Positions 43,794 through 53,053 of a DNA stretch of 64,000 nt are shown here, piece after piece. The DNA is from Myxococcales bacterium (GTDB lineage: Bacteria; Myxococcota_A; Polyangia; Polyangiales; Ga0077539). The DNA lies in NCBI GenBank assembly GCA_016793325.1, contig JAEUKI010000001.1, positions 50,625-114,624 on the forward strand, in the 5' to 3' direction. Each line of letters starts with the position of its first letter. The stretch's first letter is position 1. The position numbers and the translations under genes are program-made. Under the pieces are notes generated by a model. It was given only the letters and a program-made list of their open reading frames with translations, searched no databases and was not told where the DNA came from.

Positions 43794-44756
43794 TCAGCCC
43801 GCGAGGGACTTCTTCGCGGCTTCGTACTCGGCGGTCCATCGCGACACGAGCGCTTGCGTCGTGGGGACGTCGTCGAGAACGCCGATGCCCTGACCGCAGC
43901 CCCAGATGTCGCGCCACGCTTTGGCCGCGGAGCTTCCGCCGGAGCCGAAGTTCATCTTGCTCGGGTCGCTCTGCGGGAGATTGTCCGGGTCGAGCCCCGC
44001 GTTGACGATGCTCTGTTTGAGATAGTTGCCGTGAACGCCCGTAAATAGATTGGTGTACACGATGTCCGTGGCCGTCGCGCTGACGATTCCCTGTTTGTAG
44101 GCCTCGGTGGCGTTGGCTTCTTGCGTGGCGATGAAGGCCGAGCCCACGTACGCGAGGTCCGCGCCCATGGCGCGCGCGGCGAGGACCGAACGTCCGTTGG
44201 CGATCGCGCCCGCGAGCGCGAGCGGGCCGTCGAACCAGCGACGGATCTCTTGGACGAGGGCGAAGGGCGAGAGCGTTCCTGCGTGGCCGCCGGCGCCGGC
44301 GCAAACAGCGATCAAGCCGTCGGCGCCCTTCTCGATGGCCTTGCGCGCGTGGACGATGTTGATCACGTCGTGAAGGACCACGCCGCCGTACGAGTGGATC
44401 GCTTTGTAGAGGTCTTCGCGCGCGCCGAGCGAGGTGATCACGATCGGAACTTTGTGCTTCACGCACAGCTCGACGTCGTGCTCGAGGCGATCGTTTGACT
44501 TGTGACAAATCTGATTGACCGCGAACGGCGCGGACGGCGCGTCGGGGTGCGCGCGGTCGTACGCGGCGAGCTCTTCGGTGATCTGCGAGAGCCACTCGTC
44601 GAGCAGCTCTTTGGGCCGCGCGTTGAGCGACGGAAACGATCCCACCACGCCCGCTTTGCACTGCGCGAGCACGAGGGTGGGGGTCGAGATGATGAACATC
44701 GGCGCGCCGATGACGGGCAAGCGCAGGCGCGCGCGGAGGATCTCGGGGAGGGCCAT
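43794..44756 (-). CDS. Nitronate monooxygenase / FMN-dependent enoyl-reductase-like (NMO family)
   Basis: Contains LRLPVIGAPMFIISTPTLV and AGAGGHAGTLSPFAL. The length (320 aa) and TIM-barrel flavoprotein pattern fit the NMO family. Confidence 0.85.
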   Translation of the reverse strand: MALPEILRARLRLPVIGAPMFIISTPTLVLAQCKAGVVGSFPSLNARPKELLDEWLSQITEELAAYDRAHPDAPSAPFAVNQICHKSNDRLEHDVELCVKHKVPIVITSLGAREDLYKAIHSYGGVVLHDVINIVHARKAIEKGADGLIAVCAGAGGHAGTLSPFALVQEIRRWFDGPLALAGAIANGRSVLAARAMGADLAYVGSAFIATQEANATEAYKQGIVSATATDIVYTNLFTGVHGNYLKQSIVNAGLDPDNLPQSDPSKMNFGSGGSSAAKAWRDIWGCGQGIGVLDDVPTTQALVSRWTAEYEAAKKSLAG

Positions 44757-44783
44757 GGAGGGAGCCGCGAGACTCCCACGCGA

Positions 44784-46190
44784 TCACTGCGCGGTGAAGA
44801 GGCAGCGCGTGATCGGGATGCCGACGTCTTGCAGGACGTAGAGGTAGTACTGCGTTCCTGCTTGGAGCGCGGGGGGAGCAGCGCCCATCGCGGGCACGCG
44901 CTGCGTGGCGCCCATGGGCGCGGCGCCGTAGCGGATGCCGGTGTTCATGGGCATTCCGTCGAAGGGGACGTCGATGCGCCAGATGGTTCCCGCCGGGGTG
45001 TCGAGGTTCGGCGGAACACCGGGGTTGGTCGAGTCGGGGCGCAGGAGATACACGTAGCGCGCGGCGCCGCCGGTCCAGTTGATGGTGCCGTCGCGCGCGA
45101 TGCCGTCGGTGCCGACGCACGCCGAGGGGCGATAGGTCATTTGCGTGTAAATCGGGCCGCCGAAGGGCGTAGCGCCCGTGAAGTTCTCTCGCGTGCGCCC
45201 GCGGTTCTGCAGCTCGTTCGCGAAGAAGCGCGCCATGCGCTCGGGGTCCGTCGTGGGGATGCCCGACGTCGTTCGCGAGAAGCCGTTGTTCTGCTCGCGC
45301 GGGTACGCGCCGAGGGACGTCGAGTCGACCCAGCCTGCGCCGAGCGCGAGGCCTGTGTCGTGGAACGTGTCCATGAAGTTGCCCGCCACGTCGATGTCCC
45401 AGTTGGACGCGCCTCGCGGCGTCAACCGCGCAGAGTGGCAGCACACGCACGCGCACGACTCGATCTGGCTCTTGGCCCAATCGAGCTCGGCGCGGTACGT
45501 CGCATCGTTCATGCGGGGATCGGGCGTCGTGCGCGCGGGCGCAGGGCGCGCGGGCCAGTACGGGCGCTGCGTGAACACGGGATCGCACGTCGCGTAGTCC
45601 GCGTACCGACGACCCGGCTCGGTGCAGCCCGAGATCGCCGCCCACGTGCACACTTGTCCGCCGGACGACATGCCCGTGGGCTCGCCGGCGCGCGGCATGC
45701 GGCACACTTGTTCGGGCTGACGAAACACAGGCAACGTCGCGGGAGGCATGTTGGTCGTCGGGGGGACGCCACCGCACACCATGCTCGGGACGAAGAAGCC
45801 GCCGCCCCAGAATTCGCAGCCGTTTTGCGTTCCGCCGCACTGCGACGTGTCGCTGCCCGGAAAGGTGATCCGCGTGACGTTGGGGCGGTTCGCGTCGAGG
45901 ATGCACGTCCCGAGCGTCGAGGGGTACGTGCAGGCCATGCCGATCACCGCCGTCGCGTTGCGGCGCTGGCAGTCTTGCGTGACCGCGGTCTCGGTCCAGC
46001 CGTCACCGAGGTAATCGCGACACTCGTCGCGACCCGAGAAGTTGTTGCGGTAGATGCAGTGTCCGACGACGCGCGAGGGGACCTCGGGGACGGGGCCACC
46101 GGGCCTCCCACAGGACACCGTCGCCGCGGTGGTCGCGAGCAAGAGTGTCGTGAAGAGGTTCGAGGACGAAGATTTCGAGCGGCGTGCCAT
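44784..46190 (-). CDS. Hypothetical Cys-rich lipoprotein with a single CxxCH motif
   Basis: Lipobox LLLATTAATVSC. About 20 Cys. The motif ESCACVCCHSA contains C-V-C-C-H, which fits CxxCH. I recognise no other family. Confidence 0.65.
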   Translation of the reverse strand: MARRSKSSSSNLFTTLLLATTAATVSCGRPGGPVPEVPSRVVGHCIYRNNFSGRDECRDYLGDGWTETAVTQDCQRRNATAVIGMACTYPSTLGTCILDANRPNVTRITFPGSDTSQCGGTQNGCEFWGGGFFVPSMVCGGVPPTTNMPPATLPVFRQPEQVCRMPRAGEPTGMSSGGQVCTWAAISGCTEPGRRYADYATCDPVFTQRPYWPARPAPARTTPDPRMNDATYRAELDWAKSQIESCACVCCHSARLTPRGASNWDIDVAGNFMDTFHDTGLALGAGWVDSTSLGAYPREQNNGFSRTTSGIPTTDPERMARFFANELQNRGRTRENFTGATPFGGPIYTQMTYRPSACVGTDGIARDGTINWTGGAARYVYLLRPDSTNPGVPPNLDTPAGTIWRIDVPFDGMPMNTGIRYGAAPMGATQRVPAMGAAPPALQAGTQYYLYVLQDVGIPITRCLFTAQ

Positions 46191-46232
46191 TGCAACCCGG
46201 TCCGATGCCGGAGAAAGCGATTCGGTCGCGCG

Positions 46233-47138
46233 TCATCGACTCGGGTGGCTTCGAATCCACGAAACTGCTCGGTCAGCCACGAGCTCGGGGCGCTCGTGTG
46301 CGACGAAGTGCCCCGTGTCGTCGAGGATCTGCATCGCAAACTCGCCGGCAAAATAGCGGTCCGCGCCCTCACAAGACTCCGCGCCGATGCACCCGTCGCG
46401 CGCGCCCTGCATGTGCAACGTCGCGACGGTGATCTTCGCCGCGAGGGGCCCCCGGAGCCGCGAGAGCGCTGGCAGCACGGGCCGCGTCATCGCGCGGTAG
46501 TACTCGAGCGGCGCCGGGCCGCTCTCGGCGAAGGTCTCATGGAGCTTCGCGCGCAGCGATTCGGGCAGCGAGTACCCTGGCGACCAGTCGCGCCACAGGC
46601 GATCGACGAGCGCGAAGTCCCTCGCGGCCAGCGCGCGCTCGGGCACGAACGGCGCTTGAAAGAACAGCATGTACCAGCTCCGACGGAGCTGCGCTGGCGT
46701 CGCGAGCGCCCGGAGAAATCGCAGCGGGTGGGGCACCGCCATCGTGACCGCGCTCGCGATGCGCTCGGGCGCGGCGGCCGCGAGCCCGTAGGTGATCACC
46801 GCGCCCCAATCGTGGCCGAGGACGGGGACGCGCGCGTCGGGGCCGAGCTCGGGGATCGCGTCGATGATCGCGAGGACGTCCTTCGTGAGCTGCTCGAGCG
46901 AGAACGGGCCGCGGAGGGGGCTCGGCGCGTAGCCGCGAAGAAAGGGCGCGTAGGTCGTCACGCCGCGCGCCGCGAGCGCGTCGAACAGCGGCTGACTCGT
47001 CTCGGGCTGATCGGGAAATCCGTGCAAATACACGAGCCGATCGCGCGTGTGCGCGCCGTCGTGCGCGCGCGTCGTCACGAGTCCGAAGCGGCCTTCGCGC
47101 GTGTCGACGAACGAGCGCTCTGTCTCGGGAGAGGGCAT
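46233..47138 (-). CDS. Alpha/beta hydrolase (epoxide-hydrolase/dehalogenase-like, Asp nucleophile)
   Basis: Contains YLHGFPDQPETS, VLGHDWGAVITY (the GHDWG nucleophile elbow) and a late His (DTGHFVAHERP). Confidence 0.85.
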   Translation of the reverse strand: MPSPETERSFVDTREGRFGLVTTRAHDGAHTRDRLVYLHGFPDQPETSQPLFDALAARGVTTYAPFLRGYAPSPLRGPFSLEQLTKDVLAIIDAIPELGPDARVPVLGHDWGAVITYGLAAAAPERIASAVTMAVPHPLRFLRALATPAQLRRSWYMLFFQAPFVPERALAARDFALVDRLWRDWSPGYSLPESLRAKLHETFAESGPAPLEYYRAMTRPVLPALSRLRGPLAAKITVATLHMQGARDGCIGAESCEGADRYFAGEFAMQILDDTGHFVAHERPELVADRAVSWIRSHPSR

Positions 47139-47152
47139 CGGACGCGTGACGC

Positions 47153-47464
47153 TCAGCGCACGATCGCGGGCGGCGCGGCTTGCTCGTCGGTGACGCGGCA
47201 CTGATACGCGCCCACCAAGAGATACTGCGGCGAGCAGCGGACGACCTTGCCTTGTCGCCCGAGGTAGAACTCGAACCGCTGCTCCCACGGCCTGCGATCG
47301 TAGCGAGACAGCTGACACGCCGCTTCGCTCGGACACGCGAGGGACAAGCGCGCCTGCTTCAAGATCGGCGTCATGTCGCTGAAGGTGTTGTATGCGCCGA
47401 CGCCAGCGGCAGCAACGACCGCGACGACCACGAGCTTTCCTGCGATGTCCCGCGCTGATGCCAT
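47153..47464 (-). CDS. Small membrane-anchored hypothetical protein
   Basis: MASARDIAGKLVVVAVVAAAGVGAY (N-terminal TM helix). 103 aa. Sits 14 nt upstream of the hydrolase on the same strand. Confidence 0.5.
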   Translation of the reverse strand: MASARDIAGKLVVVAVVAAAGVGAYNTFSDMTPILKQARLSLACPSEAACQLSRYDRRPWEQRFEFYLGRQGKVVRCSPQYLLVGAYQCRVTDEQAAPPAIVR

Positions 47465-47583
47465 TGCAGGCGAGAGTCTACCGCGCTCTGCGCGCGAGCG
47501 GCAGTCGGATGGTCGGTCCACAGAGATTCCGATGAAAGATCCTGTCGACGCGCCCCGGGGTACGTTGTCAGGATCGGCGCCCG

Positions 47584-48081
47584 ATGGCCGAGCTTGTGCG
47601 AGTGATCTACCGCGACGAGGGGTGCGCGACAGCGGTCTATCGCAACGTGATGATCGCGTACTTTCGTGGGCCCGCGAACCTGACGCGCATGCGTGGCTTT
47701 CGCGCGACGCAGCGAGAGCTCGCGAAGCACGCGGACCCCGTGGGCTGCGTGATCGTGAGCGACCTGCACGAGACCGCGAAGATGGACCTCGACGAAGAGA
47801 CGCGGCGCGAGATCCAACACGCGATGACCGCGTACAACGATCGGGACCTCGCGGTGGCCGTCGCCGTCGAAGTGCAGGGCTTCATCGGGACCGCGGTGCG
47901 CGCGCTCGTCTCGGGGCTCATGCTCCTCGCGCGGCCCAAGTACCCCATGAAGATCTTGGGAAACCGGCACGAAGCAGCGCGGTGGCTCCTCGAGAAAATC
48001 CGCGGCGGTCAACCGGCGTTCACGCCCGACGAGCTCGGCGACGCGATCGCCGCGACGCGCGACGCGATCACGCCCCCGTGA
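47584..48081 (+). CDS. Hypothetical protein
   Basis: 165-aa ORF of ordinary composition (MAELVRVIYRDEGCATAVYRNVMIAYFRG...). I recognise no motifs. Confidence 0.55.
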   Translation: MAELVRVIYRDEGCATAVYRNVMIAYFRGPANLTRMRGFRATQRELAKHADPVGCVIVSDLHETAKMDLDEETRREIQHAMTAYNDRDLAVAVAVEVQGFIGTAVRALVSGLMLLARPKYPMKILGNRHEAARWLLEKIRGGQPAFTPDELGDAIAATRDAITPP

Positions 48082-48727
48082 CGGTGATCGACGGAGTCTT
48101 CTCGGTGAACGCGGGCTTCTCGCACTGATCGAGCATGTACGCAGCGACGTCGGCGCGCGGGATGGTGGCGCGTCCTGCGTACTTCTTCGCGATCACGACG
48201 CGCCCCGTGGCGGGCTCGTCGGTCAGGCCGCTCGGGCGCACGATGCACACCTCGAGGCCCGACGCGAGGTAGCGCTGCTCCATGTCTTCGAGGCTCGCGA
48301 AGACCGTCTTCATCGCCGAGAGCGCGACGAACATCTTGAATACTGGTGGAATGATCTCGCGGCTGTCCCCGACGCCCCCCGACGAGATCGCGATCACCCT
48401 GGACACGCCCGCGGCCTTCATCGCGCCCACGATCGCGTCGGTGCTTCGCTGGAGAAACGCAGGCCGTTCGGGCTTGTGCCACGGGGCGATCCCGGGCAGT
48501 CGATGGCCGAGGGCCGAGAGCACGACGTCTCGCTTGCCTCCCGCGGTGATGACCTCGCGCACGAACGCTTCGTCCTCGAGGTCGCCGCGCAGCAGCGTCG
48601 CCTTCGGCGGCAGCGTGACTTGCGAAGATCCTCGCGCGGCGGCGGTCACTTCGTGCCCACGGGCGAGCGCTTGTTCGACGAGGAGACGGCCGATGCCGCC
48701 AGATGCTCCCAGGATTGCCAACTTCAT
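48068..48727 (-). CDS. NAD(P)H-binding oxidoreductase (atypical SDR / NmrA-BVR-B-like)
   Basis: MKLAILGASGGIGRLLVEQALARGHEVTAAAR is a GxxGxxG Rossmann motif. 219 aa. Confidence 0.85.
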   Translation of the reverse strand: MKLAILGASGGIGRLLVEQALARGHEVTAAARGSSQVTLPPKATLLRGDLEDEAFVREVITAGGKRDVVLSALGHRLPGIAPWHKPERPAFLQRSTDAIVGAMKAAGVSRVIAISSGGVGDSREIIPPVFKMFVALSAMKTVFASLEDMEQRYLASGLEVCIVRPSGLTDEPATGRVVIAKKYAGRATIPRADVAAYMLDQCEKPAFTEKTPSITVTGA

Positions 48728-48792
48728 GTCGGGCCTTTCGATGCCGAGCGGGCTTCTTGTGTGGCGCGCTCCGTGCGAACTTCGGAGGCTCC

Positions 48793-50694
48793 ATGCGTAC
48801 CCCTACCCTTGTACTCGCTTCGTTTGCGTTGGTTGCGTGCTCGACGCCGACTTCGATGGAGGACGCCGCGGGCGACCGTTCGGACGCGACGAGCAGCCCT
48901 GCGGATCGCGGGGACGTTTCGAGTGTGCCGACCGACGTGATGGGCGCGGATGCAGCGGACGACGTCGCGGTCCCGAGCGACACGGGCGTCGACCCCGACG
49001 TGGCTGTGATGGACGTTCGCGTGGTGGACAGCGGCGTGTCGGACACGGGCGTGGCTTCGTCCGACAGCGCGAGCCCGATGTGTCCTCCGCCTGGCGCGAT
49101 GACGGCCAACTCGACGACGCCCGGCGCGATCACCGTGCCTGCGCCGACGCTTCGCAATCTCTCGATCGAGTGGGCGGTGACGGGGGACGCGAACAACAAC
49201 GGCGTGGTGTCCGTGCGATTTCGTCGCAGAGGCGACGCGGTGTTTCGCGACGCCATGCCGCTGCGGCGCGTCCCTGCGGGATCGACCTCGGGGTTCATGT
49301 GGGGCAATCGACACTCGGGATCGATCTTCGACCTCGAGCCGGACACCGAGTACGAGGTCGAGCTCTACCTGCTCGACCCCGACGGCGGGTGCGCCGTACG
49401 AACGGTGATGGCGAGGACGCGGCCGGTGCCGACGGTTGCCGCGGGAGCGACGGTGCGTCCGGTGACGCCGGCCACGTTTTCATCGGTCATGGCGATGGCC
49501 AACCCGGGCGACGTGATCGAGATGGGCGCGGGCAGCTACCCAGCGTTTACGATCATGCGCGACGGGGCTGCGGGCAGGCCCATCACGCTGCGATCGACCG
49601 CGGGCGCGATCGTGACGGGCAACATCGACATGTTCTCTCGGCGAGACATTCGCATCGAGGGGCTCACGATCCGCGGGCGCGTCCGCTTCAACACGTGCTC
49701 GAACATCACGATCGTTCGCAACACGATCGAGACGACGGGCGACGGCATCGTGTCGCTCTTGCGCTCGGAGAACAGCTACATCGCAGACAACGTCGTGCGC
49801 GGCGCGTCGCGCTGGGAGGTCGCCGCGTTCGGCGTCTCGGGAACGAACGTCGGCGAGGGCATCATGGTGACGGGCCCCGGGCACGTGATCGAGCACAATC
49901 GCGTGACGGGCTTTCGCGACGGGATCTCATTTCACGAGGACGCTGCTGCGGTGGATCAATACTCGATCGACGTCGTCGAGAACGAGATCGACAACGCCGG
50001 CGACGACGGGATCGAAGCGGACTTCTGCGCGCACAACTGCAGGATCGTCCGCAATCGATTGACGAACACGTTCATCGCGATGAGCTCGCAGCCCTCCCTC
50101 GGCGGGCCCAACTACTTCGTGCGCAACGTCGCCTACAACGTGATTCTGTCGGCGTTCAAGCTGCAGCGAACGAGCTACGGAGATGTGCTCTTGCACAACA
50201 CGGTGATCAAGAACGGCGACGCGTTCGGCGTGTACACCAGCGAGGGAATCCACTTCGCGTACGGACGCAACAACTTGTTCATCGGGGGCCCGGGCGGGAC
50301 GTACAACGGCTACAGCTCGGGCAGCGGACAAGTGATCTCGGTCACGACCGCGCAGCCCTCGTGCGACTTCGACTACGACGGGTTCGGCTCGACGACGGGG
50401 ATGTTCACAGGGCGCTTGGGATCCGCGCGGTTCAACTCGCTCGCGGAGCTTCGCGCGATGACGACCGAGCGTCGCGCCGTGAGCCTCGATCTGAGCGTCT
50501 TTGCTGCGACCGTCGCGTACCCGAGCATGCCCGTCCCTGCGGCGACGGCGCCCGACGTTCGACTGCGCGGTGGGAGCGCGGCGGTCGACGTGGGCGCGCG
50601 GCTCGCGAACGTGAACGACGGCTTCGCGGGCGCGGCGCCGGACCTCGGAGCGTACGAGCTCGGCAGCGCGCGGCCTGCGTACGGCCCGCGCTGA
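48793..50694 (+). CDS. Right-handed parallel beta-helix repeat lipoprotein
   Basis: Lipobox LASFALVAC. PbH1-type repeats: IVRNTIETTGDGIV, IADNVVRG, IEHNRVTGFRDGISF, VVENEIDNAGDDGIEAD, RIVRNRLTN, FVRNVAYN. Acidic Ser/Asp-rich linker after the signal. Confidence 0.8.
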   Translation: MRTPTLVLASFALVACSTPTSMEDAAGDRSDATSSPADRGDVSSVPTDVMGADAADDVAVPSDTGVDPDVAVMDVRVVDSGVSDTGVASSDSASPMCPPPGAMTANSTTPGAITVPAPTLRNLSIEWAVTGDANNNGVVSVRFRRRGDAVFRDAMPLRRVPAGSTSGFMWGNRHSGSIFDLEPDTEYEVELYLLDPDGGCAVRTVMARTRPVPTVAAGATVRPVTPATFSSVMAMANPGDVIEMGAGSYPAFTIMRDGAAGRPITLRSTAGAIVTGNIDMFSRRDIRIEGLTIRGRVRFNTCSNITIVRNTIETTGDGIVSLLRSENSYIADNVVRGASRWEVAAFGVSGTNVGEGIMVTGPGHVIEHNRVTGFRDGISFHEDAAAVDQYSIDVVENEIDNAGDDGIEADFCAHNCRIVRNRLTNTFIAMSSQPSLGGPNYFVRNVAYNVILSAFKLQRTSYGDVLLHNTVIKNGDAFGVYTSEGIHFAYGRNNLFIGGPGGTYNGYSSGSGQVISVTTAQPSCDFDYDGFGSTTGMFTGRLGSARFNSLAELRAMTTERRAVSLDLSVFAATVAYPSMPVPAATAPDVRLRGGSAAVDVGARLANVNDGFAGAAPDLGAYELGSARPAYGPR

Positions 50695-50702
50695 ATCGTG
50701 AT

Positions 50703-52031
50703 TCACCACTGCACGGGCAGGGGCGTCGGGTAGCGCTCGAGCGTGTTCGCGCTCCCGGTTCCGAGCTGACCGAACGTGTTGTCGCCCCAGCAGCGCGTGA
50801 CGCCGTCCATCGTGTACGCGCACGCGTGCTGCTCGCCTGCGCCCATCGCCAGGACGTTGCGCAGCCCCACCACTGGCGCGGGCACGGGGAATCGGCTCTC
50901 GCCCACACCGGGAATCACGCCGCGGCCGAGCTGCGCGCGCGATCCGTGGCCCCAGCACTGGGCGCTTCCGTCCATGAGCACCGCGCACGAGAACCAATCG
51001 CCGAGCGCCATCGTGCGGATGTTGTTGAGGCCCGCGACGACCACGGGGGTCGTTCGCAGCTCGAGCGCGCCGTCGCCGAGCTCACCGGAGGTTCCGTTGC
51101 CCCAGCAGCGCGCGGTGTTGTCCATGAGCAGCGCGCAGAGGTGATTTCCACCAGCGAACACAGCGCGCGCGGTGGTGATGTTCATGACGTCCATGGGCGT
51201 GCGGGCGCTGTTTCGCATGCCATCGCCGATCTGGCCTTCGCCGCCGTAGCCCCAGCACTTGATGCGCCCTGTCGAGAGCAGCGCGCAGGTGGTCTGCGAG
51301 CTGCCGCTTCGCGTGTTGGTGTGTCCCATCGCGAGGTCGATCGCGTCGGCGAGGCCCATCGGACTGACGGGGACCGCGCTGTTCGCGAGGTTCCCTGTGC
51401 CGAGATCCGACCCGCGTCCCCAGCAGCGAACGGTGCGATCGCGCAAGAGCGCGCAGCTCGCGTACGCGCCCGCGACGACCTTCGTCGCGTTGGTGATGCC
51501 CATCACTTGCACGGGCGTGTTGGAGCTGTTCATCGCGCCGTTGCCGAGCTGTCCGTTCGTGCCGGCGCCCCAGCAGTGAACCGTTCCGTCCATGCGAACC
51601 GCGCACGAGTGCTCGTAGCCGGACGCTGCGTGCGCGACGTTGGTGAGCGAAATCATCACGGGGCGAACGCGGTCCATGGTCGTTCCGTCGCCGAGTTGGC
51701 CTGCGATGTTGCGGCCCCAGCAACGGAGCGTCCCGCCGGCGATCACCGCGCAGCCTTGGTCTTGTCCGATCGCGAGCTGCGTGACCATCGGGCACGCGCC
51801 GCCTGCACAGGGATCGATCCCGCTGTCGGCGGGCGACGTTCCGTCGGGCCTCGCGTCGGTCGGGGTCGAGGCGTCTGGAAGCGATTGGCCATCGAAGGGC
51901 GTCGACGGGACGTCTTCGGGCGTCATCGCGTCCGCGGGCGTTGCGCTGTCGGGGTCGTTCGTCACCGGCGGGCTACACGCGACGATGAACGAGGCTGCGA
52001 AGAGCGAGAGGAGCGTGCGCGGGGCGTGCAT
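50703..52031 (-). CDS. RCC1-repeat (beta-propeller) lipoprotein
   Basis: Lipobox LFAASFIVAC. At least 7 RCC1 units: CWGRNIAGQLGDG, HCWGAGTNGQLGNG, CWGRGSDLGTG, CWGYGGEGQIGDG, CWGNGTSGELGDG, CWGHGSRAQLGRG, CWGDNTFGQLGTG. Confidence 0.88.
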   Translation of the reverse strand: MHAPRTLLSLFAASFIVACSPPVTNDPDSATPADAMTPEDVPSTPFDGQSLPDASTPTDARPDGTSPADSGIDPCAGGACPMVTQLAIGQDQGCAVIAGGTLRCWGRNIAGQLGDGTTMDRVRPVMISLTNVAHAASGYEHSCAVRMDGTVHCWGAGTNGQLGNGAMNSSNTPVQVMGITNATKVVAGAYASCALLRDRTVRCWGRGSDLGTGNLANSAVPVSPMGLADAIDLAMGHTNTRSGSSQTTCALLSTGRIKCWGYGGEGQIGDGMRNSARTPMDVMNITTARAVFAGGNHLCALLMDNTARCWGNGTSGELGDGALELRTTPVVVAGLNNIRTMALGDWFSCAVLMDGSAQCWGHGSRAQLGRGVIPGVGESRFPVPAPVVGLRNVLAMGAGEQHACAYTMDGVTRCWGDNTFGQLGTGSANTLERYPTPLPVQW

Positions 52032-52129
52032 CGTGGGCGAGAGTGCACGAACGAGCGGGTGTCTGACAGCGCGCGCGGTGGTTCGATCGCGTTCGCAATG
52101 CTAAGGTCGACGAACGTCAGGACAACAGC

Positions 52130-52870
52130 ATGAGCGCATACGAGGGAGCGCCGAAGCCGGCCTACTATCCGGAGACTGATCACATGGGGGAATCGATGAT
52201 TCAGAGGCTCATCGCAGAGCTGCTGCGACCGCTGCTCGCGAGGTTTCTCGCAGAGCGCGGGGAGAGAGCCTTTGTCGGGGCCGATCAGTTTTTGTACTGG
52301 GTCGAGGGCGATCCGACGTACCGCCTCGCGCCGGACGTCTACGTGATTCCTGGCGAGGATCCCGACGCGGCGCCTCGTTCGTGGCAGCTGTGGACGTTGC
52401 CGCGCAAGCCGTCGTTCGCGCTCGAGGTCGTGGGTCGCGACGTCCACAAGGACTACGAAGACGTCCCGTGCGAGTACAAAGAGCTCGGCGTCGACGAGCT
52501 CGTTGTGTTCGATCCGGACGCGGGCGACAGCGCGCGCAATCGCGTGCGGTGGCAGGTCTGGCGCAGGGTCAAGAAGCGCGGGTTTGTCAGCGTATTTCGC
52601 GGCAACAACGATCGTGTTCGATCCGAGTCGCTCGGCTGCTGGCTGCGCTGCGTGGGAGAGGGCCCGCACACCCGCGTGCGCGTCGCCGTCGGTGAGTTCG
52701 GGGACGAGCTCGTCGAGACCGACGCCGAGCGTGCCCAGCGCGAACGCCAGGAGAAAGAGCGCGAACGCGAGGAGAAAGAGCGCGAACGCGAGGAGAAAGA
52801 GCGCGAGCGTGCCGCGCGCATCGCGCTCGAGCGAGAGCTCGCGGCGCTGCGCGCGAAGCTCGGGGCGTAG
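52130..52870 (+). CDS. Uma2-family (DUF820) endonuclease-fold protein with a charged repeat tail
   Basis: YYPETDHMGESMIQRLI..., PDVYVIPG and SFALEVVGRDVHKDYEDVPCEYKELGVDELVVFDP match the Uma2/PD-(D/E)xK pattern. The tail is RERQEKEREREEKEREREEKERER. Confidence 0.78.
   Translation: MSAYEGAPKPAYYPETDHMGESMIQRLIAELLRPLLARFLAERGERAFVGADQFLYWVEGDPTYRLAPDVYVIPGEDPDAAPRSWQLWTLPRKPSFALEVVGRDVHKDYEDVPCEYKELGVDELVVFDPDAGDSARNRVRWQVWRRVKKRGFVSVFRGNNDRVRSESLGCWLRCVGEGPHTRVRVAVGEFGDELVETDAERAQRERQEKEREREEKEREREEKERERAARIALERELAALRAKLGA
52751..52813 (+). repeat. 21-nt tandem repeat x3 inside the Uma2 gene
   Basis: 'gagaaagagcgcgaacgcgag' occurs twice exactly, plus a third degenerate unit. It encodes (EKERERE)n. 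Confidence 0.85.
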
Positions 52871-53053
52871 TCAGCGAGCCACACCGCGGGTGGTGGTGCG
52901 CGCATGCAACGAGTGCATATCGAGCACCGCGCGGCGCTCGCTGCCCCTTGGCTCCCGGCGACGCGCAATACGTGTTTCGTTAGCAAATTTGCAGGGCGCG
53001 TTCATCGATCGCCGACGCTCGTCCGGGGCACGCTGGCGACGCGCGAACCGCAG

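Noticed and set aside
46241-46262. tRNA T-arm-like string 'ggtggcttcgaatccac'.
   Set aside because: Only a 4-bp stem is possible, there is no acceptor, D or anticodon arm context, and it lies inside the alpha/beta-hydrolase coding region.
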